DNA from: Thermoplasmata archaeon
GTDB taxonomy: Archaea; Thermoplasmatota; DTKX01; DATEUP01
Assembly (NCBI GenBank): GCA_041485285.1
Contig: JBGPJF010000004.1
Coordinates: 24,468-88,467, forward strand
Direction of reading: 5' to 3'
Length of the DNA stretch: 64,000 nucleotides
Shown here: positions 9,218 to 21,154 of the stretch, in pieces
How the letters are laid out: each line of letters begins with the position of its first letter
Position numbering within the stretch: position 1 is the first letter of the stretch
Program-made: the position numbers and the translations under genes
The notes under the pieces: model-generated
What the model was told of the DNA's origin: nothing
Database searches by the model: none
What the model saw: the letters and a program-made list of their open reading frames with translations, nothing else

Positions 9218-9550
9218 CTATTGATTCTCTCTCCACCGGTGCTCGCACTTGACGCAGATGTAGAACCTCGTCTCCGGCTCATCGGCGCCCCGCGTCTGCT
9301 GCATCATCCAGTAGGCCTCGTTGAAGCTGCACTTGGGGCACATCGTCTTCGTTTTGGGAAGGATCCCCGGCGCATTCTTGTCGACGACGAGGCGCGCCTT
9401 CTCATTTTTCAGCGAGCGGGTCTTGTTCAGGTCGACCTCGGCCTTCGTGCCGGCCGTCTGGTGGCCGCACTTGCGGCAGACCATATGGCCGGCCTGGGGG
9501 AACATCAGCGATTTGCAGTTTGGACAAAACAGCTGAAGCGGCCTCCCCAT
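9218..9550 (-). CDS. tfs: Transcription elongation/cleavage factor TFS
   Basis: FCPNCKSLM...CRKCG, CPKC, QTRGADEPETRFYICVKC; acidic DE hairpin intact. Confidence 0.96.
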   Translation of the reverse strand: MGRPLQLFCPNCKSLMFPQAGHMVCRKCGHQTAGTKAEVDLNKTRSLKNEKARLVVDKNAPGILPKTKTMCPKCSFNEAYWMMQQTRGADEPETRFYICVKCEHRWRENQ

Positions 9551-9611
9551 TCGCGCTCACGCTGACGCGCGCACTTAAAGATTCGGTGCGTGGTGAGCGC
9601 GCGGCGCGCGC

Positions 9612-12224
9612 TCACTTCGGCGCATCGTCGCTCTTGTCGGCCCCGTCGTCGCCGCCCGCATCGCCCTCGCCCTCGGGCTCGTCGTCGCCTTCGCCCTCTT
9701 CGCCGGGCGGCGGGGCCGTCTCTTCGACCGCGCGGTATTCGCCGATCTCGGCCTCCGTTTCAAGGAGGCGCGCCACGCCGATCACACGGTCGCCTTCGTC
9801 GATGCGGATGACGCGGACGCCCTGCGTCGCGCGCCCGAGCACCGAGATTTCGGCGACCTTCGTGCGGATCATGATGCCTGACTTGGTGGTCACGAGGATC
9901 TGGTCGGCCTCCTCGATGCGGCGGATGGCAACGACGGGTCCGCCCTTGTCGGTGACCTTCATGTTCTTCACGCCGCCGGCGCCGCGGTTGGTCTTGCGGT
10001 ACGCCGCCACGGGCGAGCGCTTCCCGTAGCCCTGCTCGGTGATCGAGAGCAGCGTGTCGGCTTCCTTGAGCACGGCCGTGCCGATGACCTCGTCCCCCGC
10101 CTTGAGCCGAATCCCGCGGACGCCGTGGGCGTTGCGCCCCATCGCGCGCGCCTTCCTGGCTTCGAAGCGCGCGGCCTGCCCGAGCTTGGTGGCGATCATG
10201 ATCTCGTCGTCCTCCATGCACAGCCGCACATCGACGATGCGCTCGCCCTCGTCAAGGACCGTCGCGATAATCCCCGTGACCCGGGGGTTCGAAAACTCAT
10301 TGAGCGCCGTGCGCTTGATGGTGCCGCGGTTCGTGGTGAAAATGAGGAACTTGCCCTCCTCGAACTTCTCTACGGGGATGTGGGCCGCAATGGCCTCGCC
10401 CTGCTCCAGGCGCGGCAGGAGGTTGATGATGGGGAGACCCTTGGCTTGCCGCGTCCCTTCGGGAATCTGGAACGCCTTCAACCAATAGGCCCGGCCCTTC
10501 GAGGTGAAGAACATCAGGAAGTTGTGGTTCTTCACCGTGACAATCGACTCGATGAAATCGAGTTCCTTCGTCGTGGCCGCGATGCGGCCCTTCCCGCCGC
10601 GCTTCTGCGAGCGGTAGGCGTCGGGCGTCTGCCGCTTGATGTACCCCTCGTGCGAGATGGTCACGACGACCTCGACATTGGGCACGAGGTCTTCGAGCGA
10701 GACCTCCGCCAGGTCGTCGACGATCTGCGTGCGCCTTTCGTCGCCGAAGCGGTCCTTCAGCTCGGCGAGGTCGGCCTTGATGATTGCGAGCACCTCCTTG
10801 CGGTCCGAGAGGATCTTCTCGAGCCGCTGGATGAGCTTCTGGACGTCCGAGAGCTCCTGCTTGAGTTCCGTGATTTCGAGGTTCGTAAGCTTGCGCAGCG
10901 GCAGCTTGAGGATCTCGCGCGATTGGATCTCCGTGAAGAAGAAGTGGGAGATGAGGCTCTTCTCGGCCGCGTCGGCGTCCTTGCTCGCGCGGATGACCTT
11001 GATGACCGCATCGATCTGCTCGACGGCCTTGACGAGGCCCTCGAGGACATGCGCGCGGTCGCGGGCCTTGTTGAGGTCGAACTGCGTGCGCTTGGTGATG
11101 ACTACCTCGCGGAACTCGAGGAAGCGCGCCATCATCTGGCGCAGGGGCAGCACCTGCGGCTGGCCCTCGACGAGCGCCAGGTTGATCGCGCCGAAGGTGG
11201 CCTGCAGCTCCGTGTGCTTGTAGAGCTGGTTGAGGATGATCTCCGGGAAGACATCGCGGCGCAGTTCGATGACGATGCGCATGCCTTCCTTGTCGGACTC
11301 GTCGCGCAGGTCGGTGATCCCTTCGATCTTGCGGGCCTTTACGAGCTCCGCGATCTGCTCGAGGATCTTCGACTTGAGGACGGCGTAGGGGATCTCGTCG
11401 ACGACGATGCGGTTCTTGTCCTTCTCCATCGGCTCGATGTGCGTCTTGGCACGGACACGCATCTGGCCGCGGCCGGTGGTGTAGGCCTCGGCGATGCCGG
11501 CCCGCCCGTAGATGATGCCGCCGGTGGGGAAGTCGGGCCCGGGGATGATCTTGAAGAGCTCGTGGTCGGGCAGTTCCGGGTTGTCGATGAGCGCGGTGAA
11601 GCCATCGCAGAGCTCGGACATGTTGTGGGGAGGGATGTTCGTGGCCATCCCCACGGCGATGCCCTGCGAGCCGTTGAGGAGCAGGTTGGGCGCCTTGGCC
11701 GGGAGCACATCGGGCTCCTTCAGCGTCCCGTCGAAGTTGTCGCGCATCGGGACGGTGTCTTTGTCGATGTCCGCGAGCAGTTCGTCGGCCAGCTTGGTGA
11801 GCCGGGCCTCCGTGTAACGCATCGCCGCAGCGCTGTCCCCGTCGATGGAGCCGAAGTTGCCCTGGCCGTCGACGAGCGGGTAGCGCAGCGCGAAGGCCTG
11901 CGCCATGCGCACGAGCGCGTCGTAGACGGAGAGGTCGCCGTGCGGGTGGTATTTGCCGAGGACCTCTCCGACGATCCTCGCGCACTTCTTGTACGACCGG
12001 CTGGAGCCGAGCGAAAGCTCGTTCATGGCGTGCATGATGCGGCGGTGGACGGGCTTCAGGCCATCGCGGACATCGGGCAACGCTCGCCCGACGATGACGG
12101 ACATGGAGTAGTCGATGTACGACTCCTTCATCTCGGCCGTGAGCACGCGCGGGCGCACGATGAGGGCAAAGGGCGGGAGCGTCGCCTCGGGGCGCTTCTC
12201 GGGCGGAGGCGTTTCGTCAGCCAC
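9612..12224 (-). CDS. gyrA: DNA gyrase subunit A
   Basis: [23 protein letters not shown], GyrA-box QKRGGKG, beta-pinwheel repeats, acidic tail. Confidence 0.98.
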   Translation of the reverse strand: MADETPPPEKRPEATLPPFALIVRPRVLTAEMKESYIDYSMSVIVGRALPDVRDGLKPVHRRIMHAMNELSLGSSRSYKKCARIVGEVLGKYHPHGDLSVYDALVRMAQAFALRYPLVDGQGNFGSIDGDSAAAMRYTEARLTKLADELLADIDKDTVPMRDNFDGTLKEPDVLPAKAPNLLLNGSQGIAVGMATNIPPHNMSELCDGFTALIDNPELPDHELFKIIPGPDFPTGGIIYGRAGIAEAYTTGRGQMRVRAKTHIEPMEKDKNRIVVDEIPYAVLKSKILEQIAELVKARKIEGITDLRDESDKEGMRIVIELRRDVFPEIILNQLYKHTELQATFGAINLALVEGQPQVLPLRQMMARFLEFREVVITKRTQFDLNKARDRAHVLEGLVKAVEQIDAVIKVIRASKDADAAEKSLISHFFFTEIQSREILKLPLRKLTNLEITELKQELSDVQKLIQRLEKILSDRKEVLAIIKADLAELKDRFGDERRTQIVDDLAEVSLEDLVPNVEVVVTISHEGYIKRQTPDAYRSQKRGGKGRIAATTKELDFIESIVTVKNHNFLMFFTSKGRAYWLKAFQIPEGTRQAKGLPIINLLPRLEQGEAIAAHIPVEKFEEGKFLIFTTNRGTIKRTALNEFSNPRVTGIIATVLDEGERIVDVRLCMEDDEIMIATKLGQAARFEARKARAMGRNAHGVRGIRLKAGDEVIGTAVLKEADTLLSITEQGYGKRSPVAAYRKTNRGAGGVKNMKVTDKGGPVVAIRRIEEADQILVTTKSGIMIRTKVAEISVLGRATQGVRVIRIDEGDRVIGVARLLETEAEIGEYRAVEETAPPPGEEGEGDDEPEGEGDAGGDDGADKSDDAPK

Positions 12225-12235
12225 GGCGGTCCCCC

Positions 12236-14224
<1,989 letters not shown>

Positions 14225-14269
14225 TTATTGCATGCTTGATTGGGCCATGATTTCAGGCCGAATTTAGTG

Positions 14270-14310
14270 CCATTTGCTTATAAAGGAGAATATAAATAAA
14301 CTCTCCGGTT
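14270..14310. promoter_or_regulatory. AT-rich gyrBA/nob1 divergent promoter region
   Basis: GCTTATAAAGGAGAATATAAATAAACTCTCC; one of the most AT-rich stretches in the window. Confidence 0.55.
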
Positions 14311-14455
14311 CCAATCCTTGATTTTGCGCCTGTTGCGATTGCCCTTTTCAGCTGCCTGGCCACGAGAAGTTTGGCCCTATTAAAAGGGTCAACGGGGTAG
14401 GCCGGACACGCCGAAACCGGGGTTTAAGGGGCAGGAAACCCGGTCTGGCGCGATC

Positions 14456-15034
14456 ATGGGCGGAAATCCGGGCGGGGACAAGGGCGCGCAGATTCCGCGC
14501 AGGCTGGTGTGCGACACATCCGTGCTGCTCGCAGGAGGCGACCCGCGCGGGACGCCCGACGACGAGGTGTACGTTACGCCCTCGGTGATGAATGAAGTGA
14601 AGCGGCCCGATGACCGGGAGCGGCTGGAGACGCTGCGGGAAATCGGGCTGAAGTTGCAGTCACCGGGCGCGCCATCGCTTGCAGCGGTGGACAAGGCCGC
14701 CGCCGCAACGGGCGACGGCCAGCGCCTCTCGCTTCCCGACAAGGAGCTGCTCGCGCTGGCGCTGGAGTTGAAGGCGGAGCTGCTCACCGACGACCGCTCG
14801 ATGCAGAACCTTGCGGCAACGATGGGGGTGCCCTACAAGGGCTACGCGCAGTCCGAGATCAAGGGCATCTGGCACTGGGAGAGTCAACTGAAGTGCATCG
14901 GCTGCGGGCGCATCTACGAGAACGAGATGCCGAGAAACGAGTGCATCGTGTGCGGTCACGAGATCCGCAAGAAGCACTGGCGCGTGCCGAAGGGCGAAGC
15001 GGCCGGCCCGCGGCGGCGCAACCCCTCACGGTGA
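14456..15034 (+). CDS. nob1: Nob1-family PIN endonuclease with Zn ribbon
   Basis: VCDTSVLL, LSLPDKELLALA, LLTDDRSMQNLA, CIGC...CIVCG. Confidence 0.9.
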   Translation: MGGNPGGDKGAQIPRRLVCDTSVLLAGGDPRGTPDDEVYVTPSVMNEVKRPDDRERLETLREIGLKLQSPGAPSLAAVDKAAAATGDGQRLSLPDKELLALALELKAELLTDDRSMQNLAATMGVPYKGYAQSEIKGIWHWESQLKCIGCGRIYENEMPRNECIVCGHEIRKKHWRVPKGEAAGPRRRNPSR

Positions 15035-15087
15035 GCCGCCCCAAGGCTTTTGGGGGGTCGGCGGCCTTCGAGGCCGAAGGTGCTCGC

Positions 15088-16218
15088 GTGCCCGACGAAG
15101 CGTTCAAGGTCACTCCGTGGGAGGTCGAGGGCACCGTTGACTACGCGCGGCTGATCAAACAGTTCGGAGTCGACCCGCTGAACGCCGCGATGCTGGAGCG
15201 CCTGAGGAAGGCCGCGGGGGGCGAACTCCACCACCTCCTTCGCCGCGAGTACTTCATTTCGCACCGCGAGCTCGGGTGGGTCCTCGATGAGTACGCAAAA
15301 AAGAATCCGTTCTTCCTGTACACGGGGCGTGGTCCGTCGGGCCCGATCCACCTCGGGCACCTGATCCCGTGGATCGCGACCCAGTGGCTTCAGGAGAAGT
15401 TCAACGTCGATGTGTACTTCCAGCTCACCGACGACGAGAAGTTCCTGTTCAGCGACAAGCTCACGCTCGAAGACACGGCCAAGTGGACGGTCGAAAACGC
15501 GCTCGACTTCCTGGCGCTCGGCTACAAGCCCGGCAAGACGCACCTGATCTGGGACACGCGCCACGCGGGCATCATGTACCCGCAGGCGATCCGCGTGGCG
15601 AAGAAGCTCACCTACTCGACGGCCAAGGCCGTGTTTGGGTTCGAGCCGTCGTCGAATGTCGGGGAGATTTTCTACACGAGCATGCAGTCGGTGCCGGCGT
15701 TCTTGCCCTCCGTGCTCGCGGGGAAGAATATCCCGTGCCTCGTGCCGATGGGGATTGACCAGGACCCGCACTTCCGCATCGCGCGTGACATCCTGCCGAA
15801 GCTCGGCTACCTGAAGCCGGCGGCGCTCCACAGCAAGCTGCTGCCCGGCCTCACATCCCCGGGGACGAGCAAGATGAGCGCGTCGGACCCGAACAGCGCA
15901 ATCTATACGAACGAAACGCCGAAGCAGGTGCGCAACAAGGTCATGAAGTACGCGTTCTCGGGCGGGCAAGCTACGACGGAGGAGCACCGCAAGAAGGGCG
16001 GCGACACGAATGTGGACGCGTCGTACCGGTGGCTATCGCTGTTCGAGCCCGACGACCGCAAGATCGAGAAGATCGGCGAGGAGTACCGCAGCGGCAAGCT
16101 CCTGTCGGGCGAGATGAAGCAGCTGTTCGTCGACCACATCAACGCGTTCCTGCAGAAGCACCAGGAGCGGCGCGAGGCGCTGCGGCCGAAGTTGGAAGAC
16201 TTCATGCTGAAAGTGTAA
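15088..16218 (+). CDS. trpS: Tryptophan-tRNA ligase (archaeal type)
   Basis: VTPWEVEG, YTGRGPSGPIHLGH, GIDQDPHFR, KMSAS; GTG start after GAAGGTG. Confidence 0.97.
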   Translation: MPDEAFKVTPWEVEGTVDYARLIKQFGVDPLNAAMLERLRKAAGGELHHLLRREYFISHRELGWVLDEYAKKNPFFLYTGRGPSGPIHLGHLIPWIATQWLQEKFNVDVYFQLTDDEKFLFSDKLTLEDTAKWTVENALDFLALGYKPGKTHLIWDTRHAGIMYPQAIRVAKKLTYSTAKAVFGFEPSSNVGEIFYTSMQSVPAFLPSVLAGKNIPCLVPMGIDQDPHFRIARDILPKLGYLKPAALHSKLLPGLTSPGTSKMSASDPNSAIYTNETPKQVRNKVMKYAFSGGQATTEEHRKKGGDTNVDASYRWLSLFEPDDRKIEKIGEEYRSGKLLSGEMKQLFVDHINAFLQKHQERREALRPKLEDFMLKV

Positions 16219-16233
16219 AGCCTCCGGGCCGGA

Positions 16234-17136
16234 ATGCGCGCCGCTATGGCGCTCCGACGGCCTTTCGTGAAAGAGGAATCCGCAATTGCCTACGGCCGCC
16301 GCGAGGTGGCGGCCTGCGCGCGGCGACTCATCGAGTGGGCAAGGCGCGCGCCCAAAGGCCGCCCGGATGAGGAGTACATCCACGAGTTGCGCGTGCGCCT
16401 GCGGCGCGCGCGCGCTGCGATGCGCGCGTTCCGGCGGTTCTACGACAGCCCCGCGGTCTTCGAGCGGCGAGTGGCACCGCTGCGCCGCCTTTCGCGGGCA
16501 CTTGGCCCGATGCGGGACGCCGACGTGACAGCCGCCCTTTTCGATGAGGTGCTTCGGACCGTGCCCTATGCCCCCCGGTCGGTTTCGCGGGCGCTCGTCG
16601 CGCACCACCGCGCCCAGGAAGCGCGCTGGGGGCGCGTCAAGAGCGCGCTGGCCGGCGTCTGCCACCTCACGCCGACCGTGCTTTCGCCGCCCATCGCCGA
16701 AGCGGGCGAAGAGGGCTGGCGCGGATTGGCCAAGCACGCGCGCAAGACGCTTCGCCGCAAGCTGAACGACGTGGGCGCGCTCGCCCCCGCGGTCATCACG
16801 GGCAACCCCCCGGACCTCCACGCGCTGCGCATCGAGATCAAGCGCCTGCGCTACACGGTCGAGACCTTCGACGCGCTGCTCGGCGCCGACGGCCGGCTGT
16901 GGGGGGCGAAACTGCGCGAAATGCAGTCGACGCTGGGGCTTGTGCAGGACCATACGGTCGCCTTGGTGCAGGTGGAGGGCTTTCTCGCGAAAGCTCGCGA
17001 GCCCCTCGAGCGCGCATCGCTCGAGCTCGTCGGGCGCATCATTGAAGGCCGGCGCGCGGCGCACATCGAGCGGTTCCGCTGGCAGTGGCGAACGATCGAC
17101 CCGCGCCGCTTCGAGGCGGTGCTTTCGCGAAAGTAA
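16234..17136 (+). CDS. Stand-alone CHAD domain protein (polyphosphate-binding family)
   Basis: IHELRVRLRRAR, LGPMRDADV, LHALRIEIKRLRY, LGLVQD. Confidence 0.88.
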   Translation: MRAAMALRRPFVKEESAIAYGRREVAACARRLIEWARRAPKGRPDEEYIHELRVRLRRARAAMRAFRRFYDSPAVFERRVAPLRRLSRALGPMRDADVTAALFDEVLRTVPYAPRSVSRALVAHHRAQEARWGRVKSALAGVCHLTPTVLSPPIAEAGEEGWRGLAKHARKTLRRKLNDVGALAPAVITGNPPDLHALRIEIKRLRYTVETFDALLGADGRLWGAKLREMQSTLGLVQDHTVALVQVEGFLAKAREPLERASLELVGRIIEGRRAAHIERFRWQWRTIDPRRFEAVLSRK

Positions 17137-17153
17137 CGGGTGGCACGGCGTGC

Positions 17154-17381
17154 CTACAGCCGGCCGGTCACAGCGAGCCACGCGAGGGCGCCCATGAGGA
17201 AACCGGCGGTGGTGAGCGCCAGCCCGACTACCAACCCGGTGAGCGTGCCGGAAGGCCCGGCGGCTTTAGAGGTCCACACGACACCTACAATGACGATGGC
17301 GCCGCTTACGACCAACCACCCCCCCGCGCATCCGGGTGTGGGTGTCACCGCTTTGCCACCGGCTGAGGGCATCGGAGCCAA
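17154..17381 (-). CDS. Small hypothetical membrane protein (2 TM)
   Basis: Two hydrophobic helices directly after the uppS stop; start uncertain. Confidence 0.4.
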   Translation of the reverse strand: MAPMPSAGGKAVTPTPGCAGGWLVVSGAIVIVGVVWTSKAAGPSGTLTGLVVGLALTTAGFLMGALAWLAVTGRL

Positions 17382-18170
17382 TCATGTCCCCCGCCTTCGG
17401 TGCCGCGCCTGGTAGCTGCGGATCGCGCGCAGGAAGTCGATCTTGCGCATCCCGGGCCAGTTCACATCTGCGAAGTAGAGCTCGCTGTAGGCGTTTTGCC
17501 ACAGCAGGAAGTTCGAGATTCGCTCCTCGCCGCTCGTGCGCAGGATGAGGTCGGGGTCGGGGATCCCGTTCGTGTAGAGGTGCTTGGCGAAGATCTCCTC
17601 GGTGACATCCTCCGGCTTGAGTGAGCCGTCCTTGGCCGCGGCGGCAATCTTGCGAACCGCGTGCATGATCTCGTCGCGGCCGCCGTAGGCGACGGCGAGG
17701 TTGAGGAGGTAGTTCGAGTTGTCCTTGGTCTTCTCGGTCGCGTAGGCGATGGCCTCTTGGACCTTGGGCTCAAGGAGTGTGGTCTGCCCAATGACTTTGA
17801 CGCGGATGCCGTGCTGCTTCACGCGCGGGTCGTCGGCGAGCTTGCGGAAGTTCTCCTCGAACATGCGCATGAGGAGCTGGACCTCTTCGGGCCGGCGGCG
17901 CAGGTTCTCGGTGGAAAACGCGTACACGGTGAGGATCTTGATGTCGAGTTCGAGGCACCAGTTGAGGAGCTCTTCGAGTTTCTCGCGGCCGTAGGTGTGG
18001 CCGTCAAGGGGGTTGAGGCCGAGCGATTCGGCAAAACGGCGGTTGCCGTCCATGATGACGGCGACGTGGCGGGGGATGTCGCTAAGCTGGATCTCGGAGA
18101 GCAGGCGCTTCTCATATTGGCGGTAGGCCAGGCCCGAGACAGGGCCGTGGGTGTCTTGGGGCGGAGGCAA
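17382..18170 (-). CDS. uppS: cis-prenyltransferase (polyprenyl diphosphate synthase)
   Basis: HVAVIMDGNRR, YAFSTEN, LILRTSGEERISNFLLWQ. Confidence 0.97.
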   Translation of the reverse strand: MPPPQDTHGPVSGLAYRQYEKRLLSEIQLSDIPRHVAVIMDGNRRFAESLGLNPLDGHTYGREKLEELLNWCLELDIKILTVYAFSTENLRRRPEEVQLLMRMFEENFRKLADDPRVKQHGIRVKVIGQTTLLEPKVQEAIAYATEKTKDNSNYLLNLAVAYGGRDEIMHAVRKIAAAAKDGSLKPEDVTEEIFAKHLYTNGIPDPDLILRTSGEERISNFLLWQNAYSELYFADVNWPGMRKIDFLRAIRSYQARHRRRGT

Positions 18171-18290
18171 CGGGTCGCGCCACCCCCTCGCCCTTCTAAA
18201 AGGTTTGCCGGGAGGATCGGCGATGGACGATGCGGGCGGCTTGGAATGGAGGCCGGCTTCCGCGGGGTGGATGGGCTCTTTTCAGGTTGA

Positions 18291-18509
18291 TCATACAACC
18301 CTGGCGGCTTTCGCCGCCCGAATGTGACGGACCGCGTACGCCGAAGCGATGACCACGGCTGCGATGGCCAGTCCAACTCCGACGGCAAGGATGTCGAGCG
18401 ATCCGCTCGCGATCAACCCGAGGCCGTTGCCCGCGATCCCCACGATGATGAAGAACTTCGCAATGGCGGCCGCATCGCCAGCTTTGCCATCTTCAGGTTC
18501 GGCGCTCAT
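18291..18509 (-). CDS. Small hypothetical membrane protein (2 TM)
   Basis: ATGA coupling with the upstream gene; two hydrophobic helices. Confidence 0.5.
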   Translation of the reverse strand: MSAEPEDGKAGDAAAIAKFFIIVGIAGNGLGLIASGSLDILAVGVGLAIAAVVIASAYAVRHIRAAKAARVV

Positions 18510-19486
18510 CGTGCCACGTCTGCCGCGTCGGGCCCCATCAGCGCCGCGCCGAGCGCCGCCACCGCTCCAATGAGGCCGCGTCCCTCGAGCGGCGTCTCGG
18601 CACCAATCGCGCGCGCAGTGGCGTCCGCGTGCTCGCGCGTCACAATCCCGGACCGCGCCCGCTCGCAGAAGGCCTCGGCCTCATGGTAGTTGTGGATGAG
18701 GAGGCCCTCGACCATGGCAAGGCCGGCCTCTTTCGACTTCGACATGGATTCGACGCGGTCGCGCAACTCGATCTTCACGGCCTCTTCCATCCACGGAGCG
18801 ACGGCGCCTTCGACGAGCGAAGCCACGCAGTTGGTGGTCTTCTCGGGGACGCCGGGGAAGAGTTGGACGACGCGCTGCCGCAGGACGGCCATGTCTTCGA
18901 TGCCCGCCGTGGCGTCGCGCGCAAGGGCCCAAGTGGCTCCGCCTTGCGGCGTGTCGGTGTCATCGATTCCAATCAAGATGTGGTGGAGGCCCGGCGTCAC
19001 GACTTCCATGTAAACGGGCTTGCTGCCGCCGGCCTCCTCGAGCCCCTGCGCGCGGAACTCGAGCGTCCCTGCCGCCATCCCGAGCGCCGCGGCGAGCCCG
19101 AGCCCCGCGCCCGCAAGCCCGCGCCAGCGCGTCACGACGTCCTTGCCGCGCATGAAACACTCTTCGAGCACCTCGCCGCCTTTGCCCGCATCGGCGGGGC
19201 CAAAGTGGGGCGATTCGCTCGTGCCCGGCTTCTCCGCGAGCGCGGCGTCAGTGATCAGCGTGTGGCCGTCGACGCGGGCGTCGATGACGGGGCCCCTGCC
19301 ACGGCGCCGGTTCGCCGCCGCCCATTCGGCCGCTCCTTGGACCGCGCGCTCCTCGACGATGCGCACGCGCTTGTGCGCGGCGTCCACCATCGTCACGACG
19401 CGCGTGGCGGCGCGCGGGCCGAGCAGTTTCGCGAGCTCATCGGGCGTGTAGGCGCGCCCCTCAAAGGCCGCGGCGCGGTCGGGCAC
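18506..19486 (-). CDS. Methanogenesis marker protein 11-like (TiaS N-terminal-like DDTD domain)
   Basis: WRGLAGAGLG, LIGIDDTDTPQGGATW, VQLFPGVPEKTTNCVAS, GRGLIGAVAALG; lacks the TiaS OB/Zn domains. Confidence 0.75.
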   Translation of the reverse strand: MPDRAAAFEGRAYTPDELAKLLGPRAATRVVTMVDAAHKRVRIVEERAVQGAAEWAAANRRRGRGPVIDARVDGHTLITDAALAEKPGTSESPHFGPADAGKGGEVLEECFMRGKDVVTRWRGLAGAGLGLAAALGMAAGTLEFRAQGLEEAGGSKPVYMEVVTPGLHHILIGIDDTDTPQGGATWALARDATAGIEDMAVLRQRVVQLFPGVPEKTTNCVASLVEGAVAPWMEEAVKIELRDRVESMSKSKEAGLAMVEGLLIHNYHEAEAFCERARSGIVTREHADATARAIGAETPLEGRGLIGAVAALGAALMGPDAADVAR

Positions 19487-19526
19487 ACGACCCCATCCCC
19501 GCGGGCGGATAAAAGCCCCGGCGGCC

Positions 19527-21026
19527 TCAGGGCGGCGGCGGGCCGGTCGAGTACGTTAACGTCGTGGGGGGCGGCAAGGACGGCGCCGACCACCCGATCG
19601 CCTGCCGCATCGCCGCGTCCGGGTCCGAAAGGCCGGTCTTCACGATGTTGCGCGCGCTTTGCTCAGCGTCCGAGGCCATCCGCAGGAATAGGAACAGCGC
19701 GAGCATGGTGAGGAAATTCCCCACGGCGGGCACGACCGCGAGCCACCACATCGCGCGCAAGATCCCGGCGAGGGCCGCTTGGAGTTCCGCCTGGCTTGAC
19801 CCGTTATGGAGGTTGACCGGCCCGACGATCGCGGGCAGCGCGAACGCGACGGCGATGTTGAGCACCGGCCCGGCCATCGAGAGCACGAGGAAAAGTTTCG
19901 TGACTTTCCGGCCGCGCTCGGTCATGAGCTCCTGCGCGAACGAGAAAAGCGCGAGTCCGGCAAGCAGGGCGCAGAGCAACGCGACGAACGAAGTGATTAC
20001 GGCCGAGCTGTACATCATGGAGAGCGCGGTGTTGAAGTCCGCGAGGTCGAGGGACGCGAGCTGGGCCTCGATGCCCGAGTTGGACGCGAGGTTCAGCAGG
20101 CCGAGGAAAACGTAGGCAAGCGAACTGCCCGCGGCGAGCCCCACGCCGCGGCCGACCGCGAGCTTGTGGCGCGCTCCAAAGGTCGAGCGGCCGCTGCTTA
20201 GCTTGACCATCCCGCCGTACCCGACGAGCACCGACGCCAGCCCGATGAGGAGGGCGATGACGAACAGCGCGTCGGAGGCTGCGATCGTCCGGTCAACTGC
20301 AGTGAGTTGGGAAAGGCTCCCCGAGCGGAGCGCGGCATCCATCTGGCCGACTGCGCTGACCAGGACAAGGTTGGAGAAAAGGCTGAGGAGGTTGAAGAAG
20401 AGGACTCCGTAGCAGGCGTAGCGCAAGAAGCGCAGGCCATCGAAGGTGTCGACGCCGGGCTGCTTGGGAATGAAGGGGAAGCCGACGGCGGGGACGTACC
20501 CGTAGTTCGTCGCCGCGTAGCCGTAGGGTGCGTACGCGCCCGGCATTCCGTAGGCGGGTGCTCCGTAGGGGGCGCCGTATGCGGGGGGCGCGCCGTAGGG
20601 GGAGCCGTAGGGGGAGGCATAGGGCGAACCATAGGGGTAGGGCGGGAGGATGGCGTAGGGCATGGCTGGCGCGCCGTACGCGGGGGGCTGCGGCGGGTAG
20701 GCCGGCGCAGCGGGGGGAGGCGGCGGGGTCCAAGGGGCCGCGGGCGCATCGCGCTGGGGCTGGGGGCCGCGTGCCGGGGCCGGTGAATAGGGCGTCGCAG
20801 GCCGCGTCGGGACCCCGGGAAGGGTCGCCGGCGGCCGCGGGGGAGGCGCCGCGGCGGGAGGCGGCGCGGGGCGCGGTGCGGAGGGCGAGGGCGGCATGTG
20901 ACTCGGCACGGGCGGGCGCGGAGGCACGGCGGGGGACGCCACGACGACCCGCGCCTTCACGGTAGGCGGCGGAGGCGCAGGCTCGGGCGGGGGCGTTACC
21001 CTGGGCTTCGCAGGAGGAGGGGACAA
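19527..21026 (-). CDS. Membrane protein with a long Pro/Tyr-rich N-terminus and about 6 TM
   Basis: PPP and PYG repeats followed by several hydrophobic helices; start uncertain (TTG). Confidence 0.7.
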   Translation of the reverse strand: MSPPPAKPRVTPPPEPAPPPPTVKARVVVASPAVPPRPPVPSHMPPSPSAPRPAPPPAAAPPPRPPATLPGVPTRPATPYSPAPARGPQPQRDAPAAPWTPPPPPAAPAYPPQPPAYGAPAMPYAILPPYPYGSPYASPYGSPYGAPPAYGAPYGAPAYGMPGAYAPYGYAATNYGYVPAVGFPFIPKQPGVDTFDGLRFLRYACYGVLFFNLLSLFSNLVLVSAVGQMDAALRSGSLSQLTAVDRTIAASDALFVIALLIGLASVLVGYGGMVKLSSGRSTFGARHKLAVGRGVGLAAGSSLAYVFLGLLNLASNSGIEAQLASLDLADFNTALSMMYSSAVITSFVALLCALLAGLALFSFAQELMTERGRKVTKLFLVLSMAGPVLNIAVAFALPAIVGPVNLHNGSSQAELQAALAGILRAMWWLAVVPAVGNFLTMLALFLFLRMASDAEQSARNIVKTGLSDPDAAMRQAIGWSAPSLPPPTTLTYSTGPPPP

Positions 21027-21154
21027 CGGACGTCGGCCTCAGGGCGGCGGGTTCCGCCGGGTGTCGATGGAGGGAGCTTCGCTTCAATGTTTTGGGCGAA
21101 GGAGGGGACAACAGGGGGACTGCGCGACGACCCCGAAGAGCGCCTGCATGCTGG

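Noticed and set aside
7625..9367. tfs repeats as a CRISPR array or diversity-generating retroelement TR/VR pair
   Set aside because: The repeats are long, coding-derived and separated by genes; differences are not adenine-specific; no cas or reverse transcriptase gene is present.
18506..19486. tiaS (tRNA-Ile2 agmatidine synthetase)
   Set aside because: The DDTD motif lies mid-protein and the OB and Zn-ribbon domains are missing; marker 11 architecture fits better.
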